A stretch of 64,000 nucleotides of DNA from NCBI RefSeq assembly GCF_964355755.1, contig NC_092680.1, positions 21,151,045-21,215,044 on the forward strand. The letters are read 5' to 3'. A program made the position numbers and the translations under genes. Below, one piece after another: positions 26,880-41,800 of the stretch (position 1 is the stretch's first letter; every line of letters begins with the position of its first letter). The stretch comes from Antedon mediterranea. Lineage: Eukaryota > Animalia > Echinodermata. The notes below the pieces were generated by a model. The model saw only the letters and a list, made by a program, of their open reading frames with translations. It made no database searches and had not been told where the DNA came from.

Positions 26880-29800
26880 ATGCCAGGTATTTACATAGAT
26901 AATGACTCAAATTACCATACTTAACCACTTATTTATAGTTTGTTCATGTTTACAAATCAAAAATGGAAATTACCATGTAGACTCCTAGGCCGTCTAATGA
27001 CGGTGACGCCCATATGACATAGGCCTACCTAACCTCCTAGCTAGGGCTAGCTAGGCCTAGCTATAGGCATATAGTCATAATAAATAGAGGCCTAGCCTAG
27101 TAGGCCTACTAGGCTAGGCCTCCTTCCTACTAGCCTACTACTAGGCTAGGCCCTAGTAGTAGCCTAGCCTAGGGCAGCTAGGTAGCTAGGCTAGTAATAA
27201 AGACGATCGAGCTGCTTTCGTCATTGTCGACGATGCGTGCTAACGGGTAGGCCTGGCTCAGGCCTTCTTGTCTTTTAATAAGGCGAGTGAGTGCGATCAC
27301 TCGCCTAACACACTCCTAAACTGCCCTGGCCTTGAGGAGTGCGATTTACAACACGCCTTAATTTAGTCAACTTCTACACATAAATATACAAACAGCACAC
27401 CTACAGCACCTCTGAATGTATTGAGGAGTGCAATTTGTAGCACACCTATGATTTTCAAAAGACAAGGACTGCCTGGCTCCTGTTGTGTGTGATCGACTGT
27501 GTAGAGAGACTTCTTCGGGAGGTGAGGGTCCAGCTAGGCCTAGACATGAACCCAGAAATATGTAAAGCACCTACCACCTAGAGGGGTCAGTAATCCATTA
27601 GGCGCTATATAAATATTGTTTATTATTATTTTTTTAATTTTATATGCTGATTTTTATGTATTGTATCTACGCAAAATCAGTAAATCATATATATTCTCTG
27701 ATTTCATGTTTTATTAACAAATTAAAAATATTAGTTATCAATAAAATATATTTTATATATCATCTTTGAATTGATAATTTAATATTTATTTTAATATAAA
27801 TAATATATCACATACATGGTTAAAGTGCTGTGAGTGTGACCTTGTTAATATCAATATTTCACACACAGGTTGTTGTCACTGTATTCCAGCATGCAAGCCG
27901 CACTACAAACGACTTGTGGACAGTATCTTTCCAGTTAACGCAGAGGTAATGACCAAACAATTTTTGTCAGTTTAAAGTTTGCCCACCGATTTCAACAGCT
28001 ATAAAGTAATGCCATCCATCCAACACTGCTCAATTTCCCCTTTTTTAAATGAAAACCCCCATAACAATATCCCAACATCCTGGCCCTGCCCTTGTCATTA
28101 GTCAGTAGATACATTTTGACAAGGTATTCATTAAAGCTGGGGGATACTAAGTTGATGAATCTTCTTCATGAGATGAGTCTAAAGCTATATATGGACATGA
28201 TGATGTCATATCACCACCATATTTGGGCACATCACACTTTTTTTTTTGGCAAACTAGTTTGATAGTGTAGACAAAGCTTAATTATGTTGATGAATCTTCT
28301 TTATGAGATGATTATTATTTTACACACAATAAATCTATTTAAAAAAAATAATATTTTTTTATTTTGTATTGTATATCAGGATGAGCTTGTTAGGAGTCAG
28401 ATGGAGAAGTTAACATTCTACGCTGTATCACATAATGAGAAACTTGACAGAATTGGAACCTATCTAAGTAAGAGATTGAGCAGAGATGTGTATAGAAATA
28501 AAATAGGGTATGTACAATACTTAGGGTATGTACAATACTTTGTTTAATTATTACTTTTCTTCTGAACCAGTGGTTGTAATTATGTTATGCTTCATACAAT
28601 GAGCTAACAGACAGTTAAAACATTTGAATGTTGTATAGTATATTTATAGCTTATTTCTTTTCTAATACCGTATATCCTCAGGTATAATTCCACTTCTGGT
28701 CTAATCCCACCTCCTACTTTATGTCTGATTTCACAAAGTCATATCCCGGGTATAGTCCCAGTATTGACTTTTGATATGGATGTAGGCCTCTCTCTAGCTA
28801 GTTCTGATGAGTTTTTACAAGAAATGCTTACCAATAATTTTTTTCCTGAATCAGGGTTTTCCCAGGTATACTGTAGTCCCACCCCCTAAGTCTGTCCAAT
28901 TTCTTGTTTTAGTGGGGTAGGGGGGGGGGGGCATTATACCAGAGGATACAATAATACATTCTTCAGACGTGATATTAACTTTAGCTAAAAAATGGTCAAA
29001 TGCTAAGTATTCTAAATTAACGTCTTTTGTATTTTAGTCATGTGATGATTGCAATGCAAGCATTGGATGAACTTCTGCTAGCGTGTCATGCTCAAAGCTT
29101 AAATCTCTTTGTAGAGAGTTTCCTTAAAATGGTCTCAAAATTGCTTGAGTCTAACAACACGGATTTGCAAATTCTTGGCGGTAGCTCTGTAAGTTTTATT
29201 TTAAAATTATTTTACAATATTTACATTCATTTTATTCAATTCATAATTTTTTAGGCAGAAACTTTAAAACGGCAGGTTTGTTTTATTACTGTTAATTTAT
29301 TAAAATGTGTTAACTTACAATTTGAATGATATTACTGTAGTAGAAACAACTACTATGGCAGCCCTGCGTTTGAGGCATGTGACACGCAACTATCGCTTAA
29401 AATGCCCTTGAGGCGTGCCATATATATTGCACTTAAATTTGGTAAACTTCTATATACCAAGATACAAACTTCATACCTAGCACATGTGTTAAAAAGTGTG
29501 TTGTGCAAGGATAAAAGCATCCTTTTATATGAACATTTTAACCATCATTATTATTACAGTGGTTGATGTGCTTGCCTTCTAATCCTGACCTAGTGCGAGG
29601 GTTGTAACTCACGACTCCCTCCCTAAGCCTCAAATTTAGTTTATAAGCATGATAAAGTATTAAATAGTTTATCCATCCTGTAATTTGTGAGTCACTTGCT
29701 GTTGGATGCGTATGAAATAAAAAAATAAATAATTTATAAAAATGGTTATATACCACTTACTGTATTTGGGTTTATTCTCTGTGACGAATTTTTGTTTTCA

Positions 29801-32800
29801 CTAATTTTTTTTTCTCTTCAGTTTGTGAAGTTTTCCAACATTGAAGAAGACACTCCATCTTATCATCGACGCTACGATTTCTTTGTGTCAAAGTTCAGTT
29901 CAATGTGTCACAACAACAGTGATAATATGGCTCACAGAAGAAGGTATGTGACAAAAAAATCTGATGTGCCCATACATGATGTCATTTCACTACCATATTT
30001 AAGCATATCCCTACCATATTTAGGCATATCACTACCATATTTAGGCATATCCCTACCATATTTAGGCATATCACTACCATATATAGGCATATCCCTACCA
30101 TATATAGGCATATCCCTACCATATTTAGGCAAATCACCATATTTAGGCATATCCCTACTATATTTAGGCATATCACTACCATATGTGGCATATCACTACC
30201 ATATTTAGGCAAATCACTACCATATTTGAGCATATCACTACCATATTTAGGCATATCACTACCATGTTTAGTTTGATAGGTGTAGACAGGGCTTAATGTT
30301 ACTTGTAGTTTTCTATCTATTACAGTATAGAATCTATAATGCTATTATTCATATATTTTTAGAATTCGTGTAACAGGCTTGAAAGGGCTTCAAGGTGTTG
30401 TGCGTAAGACCGTGACAGATGACCTGCAGGTCAACATCTGGGACAAGGCACACATGGATAAGATCATTCCATCATTCTTGTTCAACATGCAAGAGGCATT
30501 TGAAAGGTAGTACATAAAAAGGACTTAAAATTTAAGTGTTTAAAAAAAAAACAATGTCATTAAAAATTAATCTTGTGGTCCAAAAAATCAGAGCAGTGGG
30601 TGTGCAATGTTTGATTAATGGTTCCTATTTATTTATTTTTTATAATAATAATAATAACAGGATTTTTATAGCGCACATACCACTCAAGAGTGCTCAAGGC
30701 GCATTAAAAAAAACCAAATAAAAACAAAAATAATTATCTTAATTAAAAAATAATAAAATCTTTTTTAGACAAGATTCGCCAGCCCAGGAACTTTCTGAAG
30801 AGCGCCCTCATGTGTTAGCAGAAACATGCCTACGAGATGTTATGTGTAGAGCTGCTTATGGAAATATACATTCAGTATTGAAACCGGTTTTGAGGTAATT
30901 ATTCATTTATCAATTGAAATTTGAATGAAAACAATTCCAGGTGGGCTTACCATTTTACAACATTATGCATTTTTTTGTATATAATATAAAATATATCCAA
31001 GTCAACCACTTATTTCAGAAGCATTGTGTCTTGTTTTACTGTGTTCATTATCCTTTAAAAGTTGTGTTCAACTAGCATTACTTTTTACTCTGACCTTCAG
31101 AAACAATATTCTTACTTGCTTGTTTACTTTTAAATAGAGATTCTACAAGTAAAACTTAGAAGCCCCTATATAGTAAGCTCACTACAATTCTTTAAAATGG
31201 ATTAAACAGTTTCAGATGGTCTCTATTAAGCGTGGTCTACACTAACAAACTTTATGTGACAACAAATGTGATGTCCCATATATGAATAGATCACACTTTT
31301 TATTTAAAACTAGCTTTATAGTGTAGACAGAGCTTTAGCCTCTTCATAACAATAGAATAATTAAGACAATCTATACAATGTTTGTTTACAGGCACATGGA
31401 CCTACATGAGCTATGGGTTCCTAATACATTTGCTATCAAGGTGTTCAAAGTAATAGTGTACTCTATCCAATCTCAGTATCTGTATGTAGCTCCTCACTTC
31501 CTTTTACTTCATCTGGATGAAAACACCAAAAGCAATCCTGCAATGAAGACTAGTATGGTAGAGGTACTTAAGGCTACAGTTGCTGTGGCTGCAGACGGCG
31601 CAGTAGGTAAGTGCCTTTCCTGTACTCAATCCAATCTCAGTACCTCTATTTTGATTCTCACTGCAATAACAAACTTAATACATTTTTTCTTCCAAAGTTT
31701 ATTTTAAGGCCTTACTTCCATTTTACTTTCAACACTACACAGGACCCACCTAAGACACCATACAGTATTTTGTTTTCCATCCACAATTTTTGATATCCAC
31801 TCCTAGACTTCTCCAGATAGATATATGAATATTAAATAGTTTTGAAAATCTATTAATAGGAACTACAATATATAATTTAACATAATGCTTTATAACTTAA
31901 ATTTTCTAAACATTTTTTCTAGGTCCATCCATTCTAGAAGTTTTCAATACTCTGTTAAGACATCTTCGTCTATCTGTTGACCAGCGGTTATCTGGTGGAA
32001 ACCAGTCTGTAATCAGTGTAACGTCTAAGCAAACGCTGGATAGACAAGGCTATAATGAAAATGAGGAGATCGTGTTTGAAGAGGCCATTATTGATACCAT
32101 AGGCAAGGAAAAAATAAAAATTATAAAATGAATTTTAAACCCTGTTAAGAGAAAGATTTGGGACCCAACAAGATGTGGTGCAGCAGTAGTATAAATTACC
32201 CTTGATTTTGTCATACTTACAAGATTAGAAAGATGACAAAAACATTTTTTTTTTCAAACAAAATAATTCTTGTATTGTTGAGTACAATTATTGTAACTAA
32301 TCATCTTGCAATGTATAGCCAATGTGTTCACTATCAAGTTGATAGTATCAACTATATAACATACATCTGCCTTCAGTTTCTCATGTGAAGATGATTCATG
32401 AAACATCCAATATGATAGAATGTTGAATGGAAGTGAAATAAGTAAAGAGTCACTATTTGACTTTTGTTAATTTAGGGGCTTTTGCGATGATTCTTCCGGA
32501 CTACCAGAAGATTGAGATCATGATGTTTATCATGGGCAAAGTACCTAGCCCAAAGTTTCCTGAAGACTCGGAGGACGCGTCAGTTGTTCAGCCAATCAAC
32601 GGCATCGGAGATCAACTGCTTCAGAGTATGCTGTTGAAGAGCTTGTTAGAAGTTGGTAACAAGTATACCACAGGCAATATGGCTGTAACCTTCCCAGCAT
32701 CCTTTTTACAACCTCTACTCAACATGTCATTGGTCACTGATTCAGGTATCATTTGCATATTCATGATTTTCTGTCTTGTTAAATTTTAAACGATATATGA

Positions 32801-35800
32801 AGAAAAAAACTACTTTATAATTTCATAATAATTATTGTGAATGTGTTTTCATTTTGGTTTGCAGGTATCCGGCTTACTGTGCAACAAATCTTGCAGACCC
32901 TTATTGATCGCCATGACAATGTTGATAAGTTGCTAGGCAACCGACCAATCCCAGATGATATTAAAAATCTTGGTTTGAAACTGGACAAGTCATCAAGACA
33001 GGACGCAATGTTCATGAGAAAAGTAATGTTTGTGCATGATATTAAAGAATTGTAACTTTTAAAAGCAGTCAAGTAAACTAAGTTGCATGCCTAGAAAATT
33101 ACTAAATTAGGGACCAAATCAAAAGAGAATTAGTGATGCTAAATGGTGGTGTGGAGACCAAGTAACGGGCGCATCCAGAATGTTAACATATAATATTAAT
33201 AGTCTATCAAAAATAGATATCAAAAGAAATAGTAATAATTTCATTTAGCTACACCCCCTTTTTCCACCTCTGAAACAGTTGTGTTATTATTATCTATTAA
33301 GGAAAGCTTGAAGATATATATATTATTTCTCCTAAATCTAACTCTAACAAACACTTACGAAGTTTGAATTGTTTAAAATTAATTGTTTTAAAAACCTTAA
33401 TTTTGTGATTATCAATTTCTTATTGGTTAGAATGGCTCTGATATATACTGGCATTTCTATGAAAACATGAGCCAGGCATCAAACACTATAGAGAACTTTG
33501 AAGCCATGTACTGCACACTTGCCCTGCTGCTTATTGAGCTGGGAGGCGATGACATCTTGGTGGATCTCATCGGCCTAGCTTTAGGTCTACAGGTAAGTTT
33601 GTAACATAAAGTTACTCAAAGTATTGAGTAGTGCTTTTGTTGATAACTACCCTGGTTGAGTCGGATGTTTAGAACAATACTTTTGCAAAATCTTTATTTG
33701 GAATATTTGTTGATTTTAGCAAGTTCATCCACAAAAACTAAATTAAACATAATGATTGTGGCTAGGTTTGGTTAGGTACTTGAGTTAGAGGGGAAGGTTG
33801 GGTTTGGGAGCCATGGTTGAATTCGGCTGTTGCAATAGAATGATAGTTTAAATGTATGCAGATTTATAAATATTTATTTTATTAAAACAAAACCAAATAT
33901 ATAAATAGTTGCAAAATCTTTTTTTTAAGCATTGATATTTATCAATTTGTATAATTTAATGATTCTACTAAGATACAAAACATATCTCAAAATTGTAAGA
34001 TTTTGACAATAAAGTTGATTTGTATCTTATTTAATTTTAGGATTTAGCGATTTCAAACCTTCAACTTCCCGCCTCCCATCGCTGCTGTATTCACGCCCTA
34101 GTGGCTCGCTATCTTCATCTTATCGCTGAATTGTCCGCTATTCCAGCTCTCCGCCAACATGTGAGGGCGGTAAGTACTGATTATATTAAATTCTAGAATA
34201 GATTACTATGCTTTGCACTGTTTAATTATTCTACTATATTATGCTAATTGAGTTATAAATAGAATTGTGATGTAATACTACAGGGTATACTGTATTGTGT
34301 AGTATAATACTACAGGGTATACTGTATTGTGTAGTATAATACTACAGGGTATACTGCATTGTGATATAATACTACAGGGTATACTGCATTGTGATATAAT
34401 ACTACAGGGTATACTGTATTGTGATATAATACTACAGGGTATACTGTATTGTGATATAATACTACAGGGTATACTGTATTATGTAGTATAGAAATATGTC
34501 CATAGAATAGATTATTAACAATTTGTTATCTATTATAGAAAAATCTTAAATTTTTTTTATGAATTATAATTTTCTTTTTATGTTTGCCTTTTATAAGTAT
34601 TTTGTATTATAAATATTTTATACAACAATTGTTTTTGTTTGATTGCCATAATTTTTAATTCAAGATAAAAAGATAGTTTTTAAACTCTAATGCTTTTTCT
34701 TCCTTGATAAATAGAATGATATAAAAGTGTTGACAACAGTAATTGTTAAAGACTAAATAAAGTGCTTTCAAACTATTAGTGTTTTGTATAAATTTAAACC
34801 ATGTCTTATCCATCAAATATTCCTTACATGGAAACCGACTATTTTTTCTAGGTAATTGAAGAGAGAAAGAAGTCTGCTATTGTTATGCTTCCACCAATAG
34901 CTCTACAAACAGAGTCCAGGTATGAACGCTAAAACAACACTAAATCTGTGCTAATGTCTTTTTTGTTATTCCAGTCAATTTGCATAAGAATGCTATCATA
35001 ACAAATAGCAAGTTGTTATAGTCAATTTATGAGTAAAAATAGCTGAAAGCAATGGAATGGTTTTTGTTCTACATATATTGTAATACTATACACAGCTTTA
35101 AATCATAACTACTTTCCAAAATAGAATATCACCTAAGTGATTTTATTTTTCCTTTAACATCCCCCCCCCCCACCCCCATTCCTGCATATACAGTATCCCT
35201 ATTGTTTTGGTCTGTTTTTTGTATCACCATTGCCCTCATCCACTTTACTTGTACTGTTTTTCCATGTTCACCGTCCATAATTGATGATGTCACAGGGCCT
35301 TATTTGATTGTAATCCAGACACAATATAATTATTTCTAATATTTTTTTTCTCATGTACTTCATTACATTTAATGTTATTGTGTAAATAAAAGTATATATT
35401 ATTTTTATTTTTTTCCTTCACTTTATTCCAAATCATAATTTTAACTTAACAATTTTAAAACAAATGCAATAATATGAAAAGGAATAGGGCAACCACGAAC
35501 AAGTAATTAGTCACCATTGATATACCACTAATTAATGTACACTTATTGTTTTTATTCTTTTAATGATCTTTTACTACTAGCAAACCATCTACACTGTTCT
35601 TCCTATTCATTAGTCTTAATGTTTTAGCTAACTATACCATTGAAACTAAACCTAACACATAACCTGTTTTGTTATCACTATTTATATTGCTCACTTTTAG
35701 TTTAATAAAAATAGCATGTTCAGGTTTGTTCATTATCTGATCTAGTTTTTAGTTGAAATCATTACCCTAGTATTTAATGTTGTTTATTATAGTTGTAGTT

Positions 35801-38800
35801 TCAGCAAATATGAAAATTTAACAGTAGCATACTGTAGTTCTACAGTATTTAGTTTCATTATTGTGTTTTATTAACAAATAACATTGTCATCTACAATGTT
35901 ATTACCTTTCCAATTATTACCTATATCATTATTACCTTTTTCTTTTCATTGTACAGTGCTATGTTTATGTACAACCATAATTTTGTTTCAACATCTAGTT
36001 TTGAATAAATAATAATAACTACTACCACCTGGTATTGTACAATGTTATCATCTTTCATCAAATAATTAGCCTAGATGTGTTTAGGTTTAGTTTCAGTACT
36101 GTTTGTAACATTCATTAATGTATATACTGTACATTCCCCAGTACAGTATATACTGTACATTCCCCAGTACAGTATATACTGTACATTCCCCAGTACAGTA
36201 TATACTGTACATTCCCCAGTACAGTATATACTGTACATTCCCCAGTACAGTATATACTGTACATTCCCCAGTGCAGTACTTACTTAGGCCAATGTATTAA
36301 TATAAATTTGTATATTTTTACATAGCCCACTAAACTTGGATAACTTACCAGCCACTCACCTATTCAATCTTGACTTGATCAGTGAAGCACTTGCTAGTAG
36401 TGGCTATGATGTGTCTCGTCTAGCTACACCTTATGTCCACCGTCAATCTGGTAAGCACAATTTGTTTTATTTGTAGCCATTTTGTTTCTTTGTAGCCATT
36501 TTGTTTCCTTGTAGCCATTTTGTTTCCTTGTAGCCATTGTGTGTCCTTGTAGCCATTTTGTTTCCTGGTAGCCATGTTGTGTCCTTGTAGACATTTTGTT
36601 TCCTTGTAGCATTTTGTTTCTTGTAGCTATTTTGTTTCTTGTAGCCATTTTGTTTCCTTGTAATTGTAACCATTTTGTTTCCTTGTAGCTATTTTGTTTA
36701 TTTTAGGCCATTTTATTTGTAGTCATTTTGTTTATTTTAGGCCATTTTATTTGTAGCCATTTTGTTTATTTTAGGCCATTTTATTTGTAGCCATTTTGTT
36801 TATTTTAGGCTATTTTATTTGTAGCCATTTTGTTTATTTGTAGCCATTTGGTTACCTTGTAGCTATTTTATTTGTAGCCATTTGGTTTATTTTACACCAT
36901 TTTGTTACCTTGTAGCTATTTTATTTTTAGCCATTTTGCTGCCTTTTAGCCATTTTGTTTCATTTAAGATAATCATAATAGACAGAATGTTATTACTAAA
37001 TGGCAAATTTCAGACAACAGACAATGTTATTTGAAATAATGAGAATTACAGTAATTATTTACATCATTCTGTACTATAATTAGCATTTCAATTTCTAAAT
37101 GATTTCATCAGAGACAGTTTGCTGAGAATGAATCTGTGTGGCATATACTAACTGTACATGAATCTGTGTGGCATATACTAACTGTACATGTTTAATGATA
37201 AATCTGTATAGACAAAGGCAAATAATTATTGTTAAAGATTTTTTATTAAAATTTAAGTCAATTGTTTTAAAATTCTATGATTCACCGTATTTCTATATTT
37301 TTGTAATTACGGTAAAAAAAAGGTTTTACATGCATCCATTCATGTTAAAAAATCATCTTATTTGATTTCTTGTGGTTTATGCATTTTACAACTAAAATAA
37401 ATATTTATGAATTTTTAGAAAATCTGTTACCATCAATGTGCATGTCATGTTTGCTAAGATATGACGTTGTTTTACTTTTATTTATGTAAAATAATATTTT
37501 CACTTTCACTTGAATTATTTCAATTTATAAACCTTGTAACTGGCGCATTTTAAAATGCAATCCTCTCAAAAGAAAGAATTAATAAATAAATGAATCTAAA
37601 AAAACAATACCCCAGGAGGCCAAAGTAATTGAAGCATCAATACATGTTACTACTAGAATGTACAATGTTCAACACAAAAGCTCTGTCTACACTATCAAAC
37701 TTGTTTGACAAAAAATGTGATATGCCCATATATGGACACAATGATGTCATATCACTACCATATTTGGGCACATCACTACCATATTTAGGCACATCACTAC
37801 CATATTTGGGCACATCACATAGCTTTATATTGTATTCTATTTGTTTGATTTCTTTATAGCATTGGAGCTACGTATAAGAAGTGCCACTGACCCTGGTTCT
37901 GTTGTCTTAGAAATGGAATCTGTTAATAATTCACCAGCAGGAACAAGAGTAAGAATAACATGTTTCTCACCTTTACTTGTTGTTATCAAATGTTACATGT
38001 TGTTCCTATATCTCCCTAATTTGTTCCTATATCTCCTTGATTTGTTCCTATATCTCCTTAATTTGTTCCTATATCTCCTTGATTTGTTCCTATATCTCCT
38101 TGATTTGTTCCTATATCTCCTTAATTTGTTCCTATATCTCCTTAATTTGTTCCTATATCTACTTAATTTGTTCCTATATCTTCTTCATTTGTTCCTATAT
38201 CTCCTTAATTTGTTCCTATATCTCCTTAATTTGTTCCTATATCTCCTTAATTTGTTCCTATATCTCCTTGATTTGTTCCTATATCTCCTTAATTTGTTCC
38301 TATATCTCCTTAATTTGTTCCTATATCTACTTAATTTGTTCCTATATCTCCTTAATTTGTTCCTATATCTACTTAATTTGTTCCTATATCTACTTAATTT
38401 GTTCCTATATCCACTTAATTTGTTCCTATATCTCCTTGATTTGTTCCTATATCTCCTTAATTTGTTCCTATATCTCCTTAATTTGTTCCTATATCTACTT
38501 AATTTGTTCCTATATCTTCTTCATTTGTTCCTATATCTCCCTAATTTGTTCCTATATCTACTTAATTTGTTCCTATATCCACTTAATTTGTTCCTATATC
38601 TTCTTGATTTGTTCCTATATCTCCTTAATTTGTTCCTATATCTACTTAATTGGTTCCTATATCTTCTTCATTTGTTCCTATATCTACTTAATTGGTTCCT
38701 ATATCTTCTTCATTTGTTCCTATATCTACTTAATTTGTTCCTATATCTTCTTCATTTGTTCCTATATCTACTTAATTTGTTCCTATATCTCCCTAATTTG

Positions 38801-41800
38801 TTCCTATATCTACTTAATTTGTTCCTATATCTTCTTCATTTGTTCCTATATCTCCTTAATTTGTTCCTATATCTACTTAATTGGTTCCTATATCTTCTTC
38901 ATTTGTTCCTATATCTACTTAATTTGTTCCTATATCTACTTAATTTGTTCCTATATCTACTTAATTTGTTCCTATATCTACTTAATTTGTTCCTATATCT
39001 ACTTAATTTGTTCCTATATCTACTTAATTTGTTCCTATCTACTTAATTGGTTCCTATATCTTCTTCATTTGTTCCTATATCTCCTTAATCTGTTCCTATA
39101 TCTCCATCATTTTTATAACCTTCAATGCTTTTTTTATTGAACACCATTTTTAGAAACATCCAGAAGAGCAAATAACATTTGAAATTCTGAAGAAGACTTT
39201 AACCGCCCTCGACCACGAGGACAGCATAGAGTCAACTATAGAGAAGCGCCGTGACATCTTGGAGAAGTTTCAAAATAATACGCTAGAAGTGCTAGCTTCG
39301 TCAGCCGAACAACGGGTACGTACACTATAACATTAATGTAAGCCGTGTAATATTCTTTCTCATCAGATTCTTTTCAATTAAGAAGTTACATTTTGTAAAA
39401 TATAAACAAACTATGCACATACATTTTGATGCAAAATCTCAACATATTTTATAATTTGTCAAAATACATAAAACGGATATAAATCATAAATATATTCAGA
39501 ATTATTTTTTATTTAATACAGTTTCTGACAGAAATATATTAAAAACTGTCATTTATTGATTTAGTTTTAAATTATATGTTATTATGTTTTATGTCAATGT
39601 TGTTTTATACTTATTTTGTACACTGCAGGTGTTCTGTTAAGTTGACTGTATGCGTCCTAGTTACTTCACATTTTATATCGTGTATAGAATGCTGCTCTAC
39701 ATAATTAGAAATTTAATTTGAATCAGTGATTGTTCAATAAAACATGATGCAACATTAAATGCATTCATGTAATATTGTACGGTTGAATTTATATTATTTT
39801 CATTTATTATGTTACGCTGTTAAAATTGAAAATTAAACATCATCATGTCAGATTTTCCAGCATGACTGGCTAATGCTAGTAATATACCTTTTATGTTCCT
39901 GGACGAACTCTTAGATCATCTGATGATTTTTTCTTTTGCTGCACCCACACTCTGGAATTCACCCCCCCCCCCTCCCCCACAAATTAAACACTGCTCTTCT
40001 GTTGCCTTATTTAAAAAATTGCTCAAAACTCATTTTTTCGACCACTAACATGCCCAGCGCCTTTGATTTTGTACCTCGGTCTTTGAATTGACGCTTTATA
40101 AATGTTGATATAATAATAATGATAATAATAATAATATAGATTTTTACACATTGTTTATTTGTCTGTACTTGCACAGTAGGTACTGATTATAAAAGTAGTA
40201 AAATTTTAGTGCTAAAGAAAATGATATGAAAAAGAAATTTTAAAAAGTTCCACTGATAAAAACCAAAAGAATTAATTTATAATTATGCTAAATGATGCTC
40301 TAGCCCCCTCTACAGACATACTTATTTAATTATAGTTTACCTCTACAGTGGAATTAGCTTTGTGACCTCTGAAATAGTGTGTAGTTAGCTATTATTTATT
40401 AGATACATTACTTTTGCATTATGTCATTAAAATACATTATAATGTTGAAGTGGCCAGCTTTCTTCATCATCAACACATTCTATATTGAAATATTTAAAAG
40501 ATATTAGGTCAGAATTCATTAGCTGCCTCCATCAATACCGCGTTATCTCTTTACCGTCATCAACGACATCACTAAGTACACTCGCAAAAATGTGTTTGAG
40601 TAATGATGTTCTGAGTGGTTATTAACGAAGAAAAAAAATAATCAACTTTGATACAATGTTTATATACACAGATACTGTATACATTAATACACTTGGCATG
40701 TTGAGTGTGATCCTGTCCATACTGTATCCACTATTGCAATCAGCAACACTTGTCATTGGTCAATTACTTGTGTTAGGTTGTAGTGTTGCGTTTACCTATG
40801 CTTACCCATTGCAGTATCCATTCATAGTGTGTGACATTTTTTTGTGTTTTGACAGTCAATAAAGCCATTTGAATTAGCTTAGGAAGGATGCATTATACCC
40901 ATGATATGAAACTATGCGTGAGGCTAGCTCTGCAGTGTAGAGACTCTCAAAGAATGTGACAGATACTGATTGACATGATATCTAAATATTAACCCAAACA
41001 TTGATTGCGACGTCATTGGTATTATTCTTGGCATTTTACAATTTTGTCAAAATTGAACGGTCTATTTTTATTTCATCGTTTTTGTTTTTATTTATTATTT
41101 AGTAGTAAATTGTATTAGTTTAAATGTATGTGTATTGTTCCTGGGGTCTTTCTCGAGACAAGAAACTTGTTTTCTTCTAGAGAAGACCCCAAATGATGGC
41201 TTATTACTATGTTTTCATTTATGTACTACCTATAATTATATTATACTGTATAATGCCATTGTTGATTAAATAAATGTTTTTTGAACTTTGAACTTTGAAC
41301 TTGATAACCTCTACCTCTATGAATAAGGGTATTCAAGAGAGAAAAACTGGAATTTTAAAATAGCTTATTCAAAGTAAAATGAAATGTTACAACATTTTAT
41401 TTATTATACAATACAAAATGATAAGCACCTACTTAAACAACAAAGAACCAATGATGGTACCAGAGAGAACCTGAAGGGGAATTACACCCATCTGTTGATT
41501 GTGTTATGACATCATCATTTATAATTATATCCGTGATTCCCCCACTACATCCCCAGAAAACATTTCAATAATCAACACAAGTTCCTAATCATCTATCTGT
41601 ATTTGGTTATTTTAAATTTGCTGGTAGGCATAGAGCTTTGAATATCTTTACATAAAGGCAGATAGTTACAAAAAGTGTTTTTATTGTTTATATTATTATT
41701 TCTGAGAATGCTTGAATATGTACACATTAATCATAACAAATCGGGGAAACATGTGATTTGAATGCTAGAATAAGCAATATGTTGTTTTTGTTTGCAGCAT

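Noticed and set aside
29932-30254. [14 protein letters not shown] repeat ORFs (also 48258-48570, 986-1246 and others)
   Set aside because: Translations of the MITE-A internal 21-bp motif.
37841-39140. 401-aa and 387-aa ORFs (LFLYLLN and ICSYISL repeats)
   Set aside because: Translations of the 21-bp intronic minisatellite. Only 37860-37948 is a real EFR3 exon.
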